Shown here piece by piece: positions 1 to 9,312 of a stretch of 52,006 nucleotides of DNA (positions are counted from its first letter, which is position 1; each line of letters starts with the position of its first letter). The stretch lies in contig CAWHOE010000030.1 in NCBI GenBank assembly GCA_963830915.1, positions 1 to 52,006 on the forward strand. The letters are read 5' to 3'. Source of the DNA: a candidate division FCPU426 bacterium (GTDB taxonomy: Bacteria > Oederibacteriota > Muellerivitia > Muellerivitales > Muellerivitaceae). The position numbers and the translations under genes were made by a program. The notes under the pieces were generated by a model. It saw nothing but the letters and a program-made list of their open reading frames with translations, ran no database searches and was not told the origin of the DNA.

Positions 1-827
1 AGGGGAAAGGTCAAAGTAGCGGTGAAAGCCGCGATCCCGGCGGAAGAGGATCCCATTTCACTGACCCAACCGTAGGAAAAAAAGGCGCACAGGATAAGGA
101 CGACGACGTTGAGGAGCTTCGCCCCTTCCGTTCCTTGAAAAACAAAACCATTCATGAAGAACAAGGATCCGCCGTGGAAATATCCGGAGAGAAGTTGGGC
201 GGTATCATCCACGATGCCGTGATGGGAAAGCCAATATTGGGGCATGCCAAGAAAATAATTCAACGAATCATAAAAAGTTTCAGGGACAAGACAATGGGGT
301 AACAGAATGAATAAATAAAGGACGCCGATCAACACCAGCGAAGTCTCGCCCCACCCAGAGGGTTTGGGTATCAACGAGAGGAGTTCTTTTTTTCGGCGGG
401 GTTCGTTGAAAACATCCCATATCAGCATGCCTGAGAAAAATAAAAGCCCCGTCCACCAAAGGATCGGGAACCATGAACGGGTCAAACCCAACCCCAGCCA
501 AAGAGCGTTGAAAAAAAAGACGCCCAATCCGAAATCCAGGATAAAACCCGTGATCCCGCCGCCATACCGTAAACCGATGGTATTCCCCAGCCTTCTTCCC
601 ACATTCCAAAGGATGGCCACCGCTAAAGAGCCAAGTAAAACTGTGGATAAAAAGCCGTACCAAATGGTTATTTTTTGCGACATGGTTACTTGAGGGAATC
701 TATCGATTTGTAAAAGGAATTTAAGGCTCGGCAAGGGATCGACGGGATGTAAAAAAAAGCTAATGAAAACAAAAGAATTCCAAAGGATGAGCGAAAGGGC
801 CAGGAAAACCTTGGAACTCCATATCAT
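1..827 (-). CDS. Partial multi-TM GT-C-type (ArnT/PMT-like) membrane glycosyltransferase, running off the window start
   Basis: Absent from the ORF track because no stop lies in the window. Manual translation from ATG 827 is open to base 1: MIWSSKVFLALSLILWNSF...LLPHCLVPETFYDSLNYFLGMPQYWLSHHGIV. Many hydrophobic helices and a PETFYDS.NY acidic loop typical of GT-C proteins. Confidence 0.7.
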   Translation of the reverse strand, partial: MIWSSKVFLALSLILWNSFVFISFFLHPVDPLPSLKFLLQIDRFPQVTMSQKITIWYGFLSTVLLGSLAVAILWNVGRRLGNTIGLRYGGGITGFILDFGLGVFFFNALWLGLGLTRSWFPILWWTGLLFFSGMLIWDVFNEPRRKKELLSLIPKPSGWGETSLVLIGVLYLFILLPHCLVPETFYDSLNYFLGMPQYWLSHHGIVDDTAQLLSGYFHGGSLFFMNGFVFQGTEGAKLLNVVVLILCAFFSYGWVSEMGSSSAGIAAFTATLTFP

Positions 828-909
828 TTTTGCAGGAGCGAATGACCGCAAGGGGATCTCCTGTTTAACTTGAAAGGTTTATGAAAACTTGATTATTTTA
901 CCTTAAAAC

Positions 910-947
910 AAAAAAGCACCCTGCTTTTACAAGCAGAGTGCTTTTTT
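910..947. terminator. Intrinsic terminator downstream of HU, bidirectional shape
   Basis: AAAAAAGCACCCTGCTT-TTAC-AAGCAGAGTGCTTTTTT stem-loop flanked by A and T tracts. Confidence 0.85.
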
Positions 948-961
948 CGTCAAAAACAGAT

Positions 962-1237
962 TTACGACAAAACCGCTTCTTTTAAATCTTTCAAAACGCG
1001 GAATTTGACAACCTTCTTGGCAGGAACATTCACCATCTCACCAGTCCGAGGATTCCTGGCCAATCTCGCTTTCCGATCCTTCAATTGAAACACCCCAAGA
1101 CCGTCCAGCTTGATCTTGAACTCTTTCTTCAAAGTCTTATAAATGGTGTTTCTTAAGGCCTGAAGAACATTATCAACATCCTTCTTTTTCAAGCCCGTGT
1201 CGTTCGCCAACGTTCCCAGCAGTTCGCTCTTAGTCAA
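962..1237 (-). CDS. hup: HU family DNA-binding protein
   Basis: MTKSELL...GLGVF...RLARNPRTGEMVNVPAKKVVKFR; TTG start with GGAGGT RBS. Confidence 0.95.
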   Translation of the reverse strand: MTKSELLGTLANDTGLKKKDVDNVLQALRNTIYKTLKKEFKIKLDGLGVFQLKDRKARLARNPRTGEMVNVPAKKVVKFRVLKDLKEAVLS

Positions 1238-1269
1238 CGTCCACCTCCTGGATTTTGAAATCCGGCCTA

Positions 1270-1299
1270 TTTATAACAAGAAAATTGGGCCTTTGGCAA
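1270..1299 (-). promoter_or_regulatory. Putative sigma70 promoter of hup
   Basis: TTGCCA-18 nt-TATAAA with a TGn extension on the minus strand. Confidence 0.45.
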
Positions 1300-1352
1300 G
1301 GATTATCTGCGTTTTTAAAGGGTTTTTTACATTCCCGAGGCAAAAAACCCCA

Positions 1353-1937
1353 TTAAATCGACAAATGTCGGTGCAGGGTCCTAGGACTTACGCTCAATAT
1401 ATGGGCCAATTGGCTACGCTTCATTTTCTTCATTTTCAGGGTATAAAGCAAAAAAGTCCTGGAAAACTCCCTGCTGGCGTTGGCTAGGGAGGTTTCCTGT
1501 AATAAGGCTTTTTCACTGATCGATTCGGCCATACGGGAAATAAAGGCTTTGGTATTGGGCCTTTCGTTATTTTGTCCCATATATTCAGCGATCTTTTCGG
1601 AAAGGGTTTTCAGGTCCTGGGACGGCCAAAGGATGTCATCAGCGCCCGCTTTCATCGCGGCGACCACATTGGTCAGGTCCGGTTCCAGGACCAAGACCAG
1701 TTTTTTAGCTTTCGGCTGGAAACTTCTGATGGTGGAAAATAGGGAGGCCGATTGGGATCCGATCAGGGACCAATCCAACAAGAGAAGATCGTAGGTCTTT
1801 TCCATGATGAGCCGAAGGGCCTTGTTCAAGTCCTCGACCAAGAGGGTTTCACCCAGGGGTCCGCAGACCTCCCTGAGGACATCCCGGAAAAAATAATCTT
1901 TTTCCAGTATCAGTATCTTTTTTTTCCCATTTTTCAT
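1353..1937 (-). CDS. Atypical response regulator: REC domain plus Fis-type HTH, no AAA+ domain
   Basis: KILILEKD...YDLLLLDW...AMKAGADD; C-terminal RSQLAHILSVSPRTLHRHL. Start placed at MKNGKK (AAGGA RBS); the ORF track extends to 2000. Confidence 0.8.
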   Translation of the reverse strand: MKNGKKKILILEKDYFFRDVLREVCGPLGETLLVEDLNKALRLIMEKTYDLLLLDWSLIGSQSASLFSTIRSFQPKAKKLVLVLEPDLTNVVAAMKAGADDILWPSQDLKTLSEKIAEYMGQNNERPNTKAFISRMAESISEKALLQETSLANASREFSRTFLLYTLKMKKMKRSQLAHILSVSPRTLHRHLSI

Positions 1938-2030
1938 ATGGATGCTCTTTCCTTGCTCGAAGATATGACACCCATGATTATAAGCAATCCCAATGAACAA
2001 TCCTAGTTAACCGGGTATTTCAGCGAGGTT

Positions 2031-3443
2031 TCAAAGATCCCGGAATCCAACGCCGTGCTCTCTCCTTCTTTTCACGATCCGCTTGTAATCATCCTCCAGG
2101 CCTAATTCTTTCAATTTCCAGATGAGGGTATTGCGGTGAAGGCCCAAGGTCGCGGCGGTCCGGGTCTGGTTGCCGCGGGTCTTTTCCAGCACCTTTCGGA
2201 TGTATTGTCGCTCAAATTGCCGGCGGACCCTTTTGAGGGAAAGCTTAGCCTCGTCCTTCGTTTTGGCCAGGTCGATCTGTTTGACCAGGATATCCAGCGG
2301 GATATCCTCCAGGGTCAGGGTCTCCTTGCCGGCGAACAGGACCATGGTTTCAACACTGTTCTCCAGTTCATGGATATTTCCCGGCCAAACATATTGGATC
2401 AAGAACTGCAGGGCGTCCTTATGGATGGATCTTACTGGTATCCTCGATCTTTGATTGGCGGACTTCAGGAAATAATCGATCATCTCCGAAATGTCTTCCT
2501 TCCTTTCCCTCAAGGGCGGAATGGGGATGGCCATTCCATTGAGGTACTGGTAAAGGTCCTTCCGGAATTGGCCCCGTTCAACGGCCAGGGAAAGATCCAC
2601 CTCGGAAAAAGCGATGACCCGGATATCGACAGGCAGGGGCGCGGTGCCTCCCAGACGGACGATCCTGTTCTCTTGAAAAGCCCTCAATAACTTTTCCTGG
2701 GCTTCCAGGGTCAACCGCTCGACCTGATCGAGGAACAAAGTCCCTCCATTGGCGAACTCCAGTTTGCCGATCTGGGAGGTCCATTTTTTGCTCTCGTTGG
2801 GTTCCTGGCCGAAGAACTCCGGTTCCCAATGGCCCCGTCCGGGGGAATAACAGGAAACAGAAACGAAGGGTTCCCTTTGGCGCCGGCCATAACGATGGAT
2901 CTCCCGGGCGATATCTTCCGGGCCGTTGCCCATCTCTCCCGTGATCAGGACCGGTTGCTCCGTCTTGGCGGCCTCGCCGATCTTCCGCAGGGTCTCTTGG
3001 ATGGCCTTGCTGGAACCGGCCAATCCGACGGGCTTGGGATGATTCCTCTCTTCCCGAAGGAACCGATTCTCTTTCTCCAAGGCCCTCTTGGAAAGGACCC
3101 GGCCGATGATCTGCTGAAGTTCATCCATTTTAAAGGGCTTGGTAATGTAATCGTAAGCGCCCAATTTCATGGCTTCCAGGGCCGTATCGACGCTATGAAG
3201 GGCCGTGACCATGATCACATCGATGGATTCATCACGCCGTTTGATCTGGCGCAATAGGTCCAATCCCGAACCGTCCGGCAGCGAGATCTCCAGAAGGCAA
3301 AGGTCAAAAACCTTGGTTTTAAGCAACTTGAGGGTGGTCTTGAAATCGCCGGCGAAGAACAATTCATGCTCATCCTGGAGGAGCAACCGGAAGGATTCGC
3401 GGACGTTCTCGCCATCGTCGACGATAAGTATGGTGGGCTTCAA
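2031..3443 (-). CDS. NtrC-family REC-AAA+-Fis regulator with degenerate ATPase and GAFTGA motifs
   Basis: REC (ILIVDD...YITKPF), sigma54-activator-like core (GGTLFLD, DIRVI, PPLRERKEDI, WPGN) and Fis HTH (TRGNQTRTAATLGLHRNTL). Confidence 0.9.
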   Translation of the reverse strand: MKPTILIVDDGENVRESFRLLLQDEHELFFAGDFKTTLKLLKTKVFDLCLLEISLPDGSGLDLLRQIKRRDESIDVIMVTALHSVDTALEAMKLGAYDYITKPFKMDELQQIIGRVLSKRALEKENRFLREERNHPKPVGLAGSSKAIQETLRKIGEAAKTEQPVLITGEMGNGPEDIAREIHRYGRRQREPFVSVSCYSPGRGHWEPEFFGQEPNESKKWTSQIGKLEFANGGTLFLDQVERLTLEAQEKLLRAFQENRIVRLGGTAPLPVDIRVIAFSEVDLSLAVERGQFRKDLYQYLNGMAIPIPPLRERKEDISEMIDYFLKSANQRSRIPVRSIHKDALQFLIQYVWPGNIHELENSVETMVLFAGKETLTLEDIPLDILVKQIDLAKTKDEAKLSLKRVRRQFERQYIRKVLEKTRGNQTRTAATLGLHRNTLIWKLKELGLEDDYKRIVKRRREHGVGFRDL

Positions 3444-3569
3444 AGTGTTTCCTTGTTCATTCAGACCTTGATCGAACTAATATTATATTTAATTAATAGT
3501 TTTATAAAACCCTTATTGACCAGAAATAAATTTTACCAAGATCCCATCCTCAACGGATGCGGGTAAATT

Positions 3570-4535
3570 TTACCCGGACAGGTTTGCGTCCAAAGGGGAC
3601 AAGGTCGAGCAATAGGGTGCCAGTTGATCCTTCAAATTCTCATCTTCCATCATCCGCAGGAATAAAAAAAGATATTCGCTGGCTATCCCGCAATGGTCGC
3701 CGAAGATGTTGCGGGCTTTAACGACGATTTTGTTGTATTGAAGTCTGGTCGGGCTTTCTTGCCCTTTTTTTGACAGTTTTAAGGACGGGTAAAATCGTTT
3801 CATGGCCCTCAGGACCCACCGGTCCACCGGGTAAGCGGCGGTCTGGTCCAGGGAAAATAGCATGATGCAATCGGCGATCTTCGGGCCGATCCCATCCAGC
3901 GTCACGAGGGACTCCCTGGCCTCATCGCAGGGGATGGTCTTCAGGTGCTCCAAAGAGATGACCCCCGCCTCGATCACCCGGGCGAATCTGATGATCCGGT
4001 CCGCCCTGGCCCGGTAATTGTTGGTATAGGCACGAACTTCGTCGGCCGTAAGCCCGCTCAAGGCGCTGGGGACAGGAAAAGCTCGTTGGTGAGGGAATCC
4101 TTCGATGGGTCGGCCAAACTTACCGCAGAAACGGCTCAAGGCGTGGCGGATGACCTTGACCGATAACCCTTGGGCGAACATATAGGAGACCGCGCATTCC
4201 CAGGGTTCCTGGCGGACCAGTCTCAGACCTTTCAGGACCTGGATGGGTTTTTCCAATACCGGATGGTGGGCGTTCCGGGATGTCCAGGTTTGAAGGTCCT
4301 CATCCAATCCCAGGTAATGGAAAAGCCATTCATCCGCGGGCCTTCCCATCACCCGGGAGTGACTGCATTTCCACTCCAATGTCGCATCCCTGGCCCGCAA
4401 GCGCCAGTAGGCCTCCCCCGCCACCCCCTCGAACCAGCCTTCCGGGTCCGGTCCCTGCCACCGGAAACATTGGCCGCAAAGGAGCGTCAACCCCAGGGAA
4501 AAAGGTTCGGGAAATCCGAACTCGCCACTGACCAT
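3570..4535 (-). CDS. ogg: 8-oxoguanine DNA glycosylase (Ogg1-type, HhH-GPD)
   Basis: TLLCGQCFRW N-domain, GLRLVRQEPWEC, HhH LDGIGPKIADCIMLFSL, catalytic PVD. Confidence 0.9.
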   Translation of the reverse strand: MVSGEFGFPEPFSLGLTLLCGQCFRWQGPDPEGWFEGVAGEAYWRLRARDATLEWKCSHSRVMGRPADEWLFHYLGLDEDLQTWTSRNAHHPVLEKPIQVLKGLRLVRQEPWECAVSYMFAQGLSVKVIRHALSRFCGKFGRPIEGFPHQRAFPVPSALSGLTADEVRAYTNNYRARADRIIRFARVIEAGVISLEHLKTIPCDEARESLVTLDGIGPKIADCIMLFSLDQTAAYPVDRWVLRAMKRFYPSLKLSKKGQESPTRLQYNKIVVKARNIFGDHCGIASEYLFLFLRMMEDENLKDQLAPYCSTLSPLDANLSG

Positions 4536-4862
4536 TCACTCCATCCTGCGGTAATAGATCCAGCCGACGAGCGCGACAGCAGCGGAGAAGATCAAGGCGT
4601 TGGCGTCCCATTTACGGAAGCTCAAATAGAGCCATTGATTGATCGCCATCAACAGGGTGTATCCGATGACCCCCCATTTTCGCATCAACCACAATCCCGC
4701 CAAACAGACGATTGTACAGATGGTACTGAAGGTTATATAAACGGCGTACCACGGCTCCGCGCCTTGGCCAGACAGGGTAATGACGAAGGGGATCTTGAAA
4801 AAACAACCAAGAAATCCCAGGACACAAAGGACAGAAAGGATGGGAGGCCTGGGCGAATACAT
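4536..4862 (-). CDS. Small four-TM membrane protein
   Basis: MYSPRPPILSVLCVLG...GLWLMRKWGVIGY; four hydrophobic segments; its stop abuts the ogg start. Confidence 0.7.
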   Translation of the reverse strand: MYSPRPPILSVLCVLGFLGCFFKIPFVITLSGQGAEPWYAVYITFSTICTIVCLAGLWLMRKWGVIGYTLLMAINQWLYLSFRKWDANALIFSAAVALVGWIYYRRME

Positions 4863-4973
4863 ATTTCCCTTGGAAAAGCCGAGATTGAAGAAACACTGGG
4901 AGGATTTTAACCAGATTGTGGGGAAAAACAAAGCAAGGCTTTAGGAAGCCTTCAAGGGAAATAGCCTGGTCCT

Positions 4974-5165
4974 TCAGGCCTTGGGGGATCTTCGTTCTTT
5001 CTTCTTTCTGCGTTCTTTTTTCCTTCTGGGGTCCTTCAAAGCCCTTGGCTTTTCACCCAGGGGGCCTTCCCATCGGCGGGGGCTATTCCGACGGTCCGTT
5101 CCTTTCCTCTCCACCGGCGGCTTGGCCAGATGGACCTTGATCAACAAATTCCTCAGCCATCCCAT
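4974..5165 (-). CDS. Small basic protein with (D/E/P)RR repeats
   Basis: MGWLRNLL...ERKGTDRRNSPRR...DPRRKKERRKKKERRS; strong GGAGG RBS before ATG 5165. Confidence 0.6.
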   Translation of the reverse strand: MGWLRNLLIKVHLAKPPVERKGTDRRNSPRRWEGPLGEKPRALKDPRRKKERRKKKERRSPKA

Positions 5166-5220
5166 ACATCCTCCGGGCCTTCTAGGTTTCACTTCCCTTC
5201 CCTGCGCGACGTTTGGCGGA

Positions 5221-5934
5221 TCAATAGCGGTGAATACCCACGACCTTCGATTTTTCCTCCGGGGTAAGGGTCCGACCCGCCAAGGCCTGGAATTTCTTTT
5301 GTTCCCTTCGCGTCCCGAGGCTTTCCCACAGGGCCAAACTGGCGATCAATAGGACCAATAACAGGAGCAGGTCTTGGATGCCCTGGGAGCGTTCATTTCG
5401 GTCAAGGTTCTTTTGGGTCTCCTCCCGCAAGGCTTTCAGTTCGTTGGCCGTATCCACCAACCCCATCCGCAATTCCTTGTATTGGTCGTCCGAGTTGCGT
5501 CCCAGGAGGGTGGCCACGACCTGGATTCTTTTTTCCAATTCATCGAACTTTTTCTGGGTGACCCCTGGCACCCTTCGGACCGGCAAACCGATCTGGGCAT
5601 TTTGCGGGGCGACAGGCGGGGGGGCTAGGATGGGTTTGGGGACCATCGGAACGACAGCGGGGCTGTTCCCCTCCCCGATCCAGATCACGGTCCTATCCGC
5701 TTCTTCCTTCTCGGTGACCAGGGTGTTCAAAAAGTCGCTGGCTTTCTTGAAATTCGGCTTAACGGTCAGGGCTTTGGAATCCAGCAGGATGGCCTTGTCC
5801 AGGTCTCCCGCCAGGTAGGACTGCATGGCCGATTGATAGAATTGATTGGCGTCATCATCCGCCGGGGTTTGGGCGAAAGCGCTCCACGGCAGGACCAACA
5901 AACCCATCACCATCCATCTCATTGTTTTGACCAT
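5221..5934 (-). CDS. Exported TPR-like/coiled-coil protein with C-terminal TM anchor
   Basis: Signal peptide (SAFA/Q), TPR-like FYQSAMQSYLAGDLDKAI, Pro-rich linker, coiled coil, LLLLVLLIASLALW. Confidence 0.7.
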   Translation of the reverse strand: MVKTMRWMVMGLLVLPWSAFAQTPADDDANQFYQSAMQSYLAGDLDKAILLDSKALTVKPNFKKASDFLNTLVTEKEEADRTVIWIGEGNSPAVVPMVPKPILAPPPVAPQNAQIGLPVRRVPGVTQKKFDELEKRIQVVATLLGRNSDDQYKELRMGLVDTANELKALREETQKNLDRNERSQGIQDLLLLLVLLIASLALWESLGTRREQKKFQALAGRTLTPEEKSKVVGIHRY

Positions 5935-5965
5935 AGCCCATTTCCCCTTCAGTGCTTTACTTTGT

Positions 5966-6802
5966 CTATTCTACCACCATCATTACAGCGCCCACCCGTC
6001 CTGTCTGGCCTTTTTCCGAGGCCTCCACCCTATGGGAATAGAAAAGACCCATGTTTTCAACCGTACAAAGACCAGGCCGGATCAAATTTTCCCCCTTGAC
6101 CCCGATCTCCAGCAGCTGCCTGGCGTTAGCCTCTGGCAGGTCCAATTTCCACCTTTCCCGGCCGGAAAGGGTCAGCACTTCCTTCCCCCAGGGGAAAACC
6201 TCCTCGAACTCGGCTTTAACGTCCGCCCCTACCTCATAACAGCAGGGACCGATACAGGGCCCCAGGGCGACCCGGACCTCCTCCGCCTTGGTTCCGTACT
6301 CATCCCCCATGGTCAACAGGGTCTTGGGGGCCACGTGGTTCACCGTTCCCCGCCAACCCGCGTGGGCAAGGCCGATGGCCTTATGGACGGGATCGAAGAT
6401 CATGACCGGCAGACAGTCGGCCACCAGGATGGCGATGGGCACACCCGGCTCATTCGTGATCAGTCCATCCCCATCCCCCAGGTTCTCCCCCGGCTCGGGC
6501 CGATGCTCGGGGCCCGTCTTAAGGACCTGATCCCCATGCACCTGGTTCACTGTCACCAGCCTGGATTGATCCATGTCCAACGAGCGGAACAACAGGTCCC
6601 GGTTCTCCCGGACCCTGATCGGATTGTCGCCCACCTTCAGGCTTAAATTCAAGGACCCGAAATTTTCCCCGCTCACCCCCCCTAGTCGGGTGGAAACGGC
6701 GTGCCGCATCACTTTAGGATCGGCCAAACGGGGGAAAAGAAGGGTCACCACCCCGCCCCGGTCCTCCCGGATCGTCTCAGCGCCTAGCTTGTCGGTTTTC
6801 AA
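5966..6802 (-). CDS. pgeF: Peptidoglycan editing factor PgeF (YfiH family)
   Basis: STRLGGVS, LNLSLKVGD, QVHG, ADCLPV, HAGWRG, GPCIGPCCYEVG, FYSHR. Confidence 0.95.
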   Translation of the reverse strand: MKTDKLGAETIREDRGGVVTLLFPRLADPKVMRHAVSTRLGGVSGENFGSLNLSLKVGDNPIRVRENRDLLFRSLDMDQSRLVTVNQVHGDQVLKTGPEHRPEPGENLGDGDGLITNEPGVPIAILVADCLPVMIFDPVHKAIGLAHAGWRGTVNHVAPKTLLTMGDEYGTKAEEVRVALGPCIGPCCYEVGADVKAEFEEVFPWGKEVLTLSGRERWKLDLPEANARQLLEIGVKGENLIRPGLCTVENMGLFYSHRVEASEKGQTGRVGAVMMVVE

Positions 6803-8159
6803 TGCTTTCCTCCACTTTATCCCGGTAGGCCAGGATGCCGTCGGCGATGGCCTTGGCGATCTTGTCCTTCCAATAAGGGTCCCGTAGTTTGTTCTCTTCC
6901 TTCGGATTGCTGATGAACGCCGTCTCGATCAGGATGGAAGGCATGTCCACCCGGCAAAGGACGTAGAAAGGCGCCTGTTGGATGCGACGGATGTGCTGTC
7001 CCAGCCTCTCCCGGATGCGCTGGTCCACCTGTTCGGCCAGATAGTAACTTCTCGTCCGATAGGCGCGGGAATGAAGGTCGTTCAAAAGAAAGTCGATGTC
7101 CCTGCCCATATTTTCCCGGACCGCCGCGACCTGTGCCACCCTGTTGGAAGCCTTGGAACTATAGACGTAGGTCTCGGTGCCAGTGGCGTGGCTGTGGGGA
7201 TTGGAATTGCAATGGATGGACACGAACAGGTCCGCGTGATGGCTGTTGGCGAAATCGGTACGGTACTTGAGGGTGATGTAATGGTCCGTTTCCCGTGTCA
7301 TGAAAACTTCCAGGGGATGGTCCGCGTTGATCGGGTCCTCTTTCAATAATTGGGCCACCCGTTTGGCGATATCCAGGGTCGCCTGCTTCTCGTAATAACG
7401 GTTGTCGAAACCTTTCGCGCCGATATCCCTTCCCCCGTGGCCTGGGTCGATGATGATGCGCCGGACCTGGTAGATCTGGCTGCTGTTGGGCATTTCCTCA
7501 TCGATCCGTCCGGCGGGAGCTTGGGCCGGCTCAGATTGGCTTTGGGCTTCTTCCTCGTTAGAAGTCTCTTCCGCCGGGGTGGTTTCCGCTTCGACCGTCG
7601 CGGTCGGCGTGGGAAAAGTCAGAGCGGGAACGGGTTTCGGGGTGGGGACAGGGGTCGGTATGCGCGCCGAGGCCAGGATCTCCTGACGGACCTCGTCGGC
7701 GGCCACACCCCCGACGACCAGGGCCAACTGGTCCGGATCGTAACGGACGTTCACGTTCAGGACCGCCCGCAGGATATCCTCCGCCGACTCGGGTGGGATG
7801 CCAGCCTGGCCCGCGACCATCTCCACCGGGTCCAGGGGAAATGACGCCACCGGGTCCGAGGTCAGGAAGACGGGCTGGGACAGGACCAGCTTGACCTGGT
7901 TCTTCCCTTTGCTCAGCGTGATCTTCCGGGTCTGGGGATCCGATTGGACCTGGACTCCGTAGAATTGCGCTACTTCCACCAGGGGGAGATACACCTTCCC
8001 TTGCAGGTCCTTGAGGATCGACACGGATGTTTGGTCGGCGCGGTAGGTGTATTTCAGCGTCACCCCGTCCCCCGCTCCCAGCGGTCCGGTGCCTAACAGC
8101 CATATCCCCAGGCCCAATACAACCAGCCGGCGGAGGGAAATTCGGTCAATAGGCGTCAT
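6777..8159 (-). CDS. N-acetylmuramoyl-L-alanine amidase (Amidase_3, AmiC-like)
   Basis: Signal peptide; IIIDPGHGG, EKQATL, ADLFVSIHCNS, MPSILIETAFISN. Confidence 0.93.
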   Translation of the reverse strand: MTPIDRISLRRLVVLGLGIWLLGTGPLGAGDGVTLKYTYRADQTSVSILKDLQGKVYLPLVEVAQFYGVQVQSDPQTRKITLSKGKNQVKLVLSQPVFLTSDPVASFPLDPVEMVAGQAGIPPESAEDILRAVLNVNVRYDPDQLALVVGGVAADEVRQEILASARIPTPVPTPKPVPALTFPTPTATVEAETTPAEETSNEEEAQSQSEPAQAPAGRIDEEMPNSSQIYQVRRIIIDPGHGGRDIGAKGFDNRYYEKQATLDIAKRVAQLLKEDPINADHPLEVFMTRETDHYITLKYRTDFANSHHADLFVSIHCNSNPHSHATGTETYVYSSKASNRVAQVAAVRENMGRDIDFLLNDLHSRAYRTRSYYLAEQVDQRIRERLGQHIRRIQQAPFYVLCRVDMPSILIETAFISNPKEENKLRDPYWKDKIAKAIADGILAYRDKVEESIENRQARR

Positions 8160-9282
8160 TGGTCTCTTCCACCTGTTTGTTCTTGAGGCTGTCGTGTTTC
8201 ACCCGGAAATACCAGGTATAGATCCTTTTTTGACCCTTCCGGTCCTTGGCGCTCAAGATGACCATATGCCCGCCCGAGTGAAGGAGAGCCCCGATCTTGT
8301 GGGTCAATTCATGGGTCTTGGCGTTGTAATGGAAGACCATGGGATGGTCCCCCAGGTGCAGTTGGATGGACTTGGGGTCCACGTCGTCGGCGATCTTCAC
8401 GTAGAGATAGGGCCTTTTCCGGTCGATCACTTCCCCGTCATCCGGGTCCATCTTGGAAAGATGGAGGACCTGGGTCCGGAAGATATCCTTGAAATCATCC
8501 TGTTTCAGCGGATAAAGGATCAGGTACCTTCTCAGTTTCAAGGGAGGGACGGTCCGGTCATTGGGACCCTTGTTGACGGTGAAAGCCAGTTGATATTTCA
8601 GGGCTTGGGTCTTTTGAAGGATCGTGTCGTCATAGACGCCATAGGGATAAGCCAGGGTCGTGGCCAGATGGCCGAATTTATCCTGGATGAAACTGACCGG
8701 GTCGCTGAGTTCCAGGTCCAACAATCGATTGAAACCGTCCGGTTTGATCTTCTCCTCTTCCAACCCCAGATTGAGATGGCTCTTGGTATGGGATTCCACC
8801 ACCATCCCGTTCTTCTGCATCTCCTCGATCTCCGAATACCGCAGGGCGTCGTTCTGCCCCCGGATGAAGTCCGTATAGAGGAATAGGACCCCCGGATAGC
8901 CGAATTCCTTGAGCACGGGATAAGCCTTATCATAGATGCTCTTGAAGCCGTCATCGAACGTCAAAAGCACCGCTTTGTCGGGGAGGGGTTTCCCTTCAAA
9001 CCAGTAGGCTTTCAACTGCTCGAGCGTGATAGGCGTTATCCCGTTCTCTTTCAGGTACTGCATTTGCCATTGGAAATCGGCTATCGGAAGCCTGTACATC
9101 GAGAGGGGGCCGTTGATCCATTCGGGGTGGGAGACGAACCGGTGGTAGCAGAGCACGGTGAACCCGTGATCGGGGGGCGGGACCACCGGGGTGATCCCCG
9201 GCGACACACCGCCCACTGGCAGCGCCGCCATCCAACAAACGGCGAACACCGCCCCTAACCAGAACCGTCGCGAACCTCTCAT
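8146..9282 (-). CDS. Exported polysaccharide deacetylase (CE4/NodB)
   Basis: VLCYHR, LTFDDG, SHTKSH, LAYPYG; signal peptide; extra C-terminal beta domain. Confidence 0.9.
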   Translation of the reverse strand: MRGSRRFWLGAVFAVCWMAALPVGGVSPGITPVVPPPDHGFTVLCYHRFVSHPEWINGPLSMYRLPIADFQWQMQYLKENGITPITLEQLKAYWFEGKPLPDKAVLLTFDDGFKSIYDKAYPVLKEFGYPGVLFLYTDFIRGQNDALRYSEIEEMQKNGMVVESHTKSHLNLGLEEEKIKPDGFNRLLDLELSDPVSFIQDKFGHLATTLAYPYGVYDDTILQKTQALKYQLAFTVNKGPNDRTVPPLKLRRYLILYPLKQDDFKDIFRTQVLHLSKMDPDDGEVIDRKRPYLYVKIADDVDPKSIQLHLGDHPMVFHYNAKTHELTHKIGALLHSGGHMVILSAKDRKGQKRIYTWYFRVKHDSLKNKQVEETNDAY

Positions 9283-9312
9283 GAGACCTTGCCTTCCCTC
9301 GGAAAAGATTTC

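Noticed and set aside
280..693. ORF-track calls 280..663 and 364..693
   Set aside because: They are alternative frames of the longer minus-strand membrane protein CDS that starts at 827.
1294..1310. sigma54 promoter (TGGCA...TGC)
   Set aside because: The GG-to-GC spacing is not the required 10 nt, and the orientation faces away from hup.
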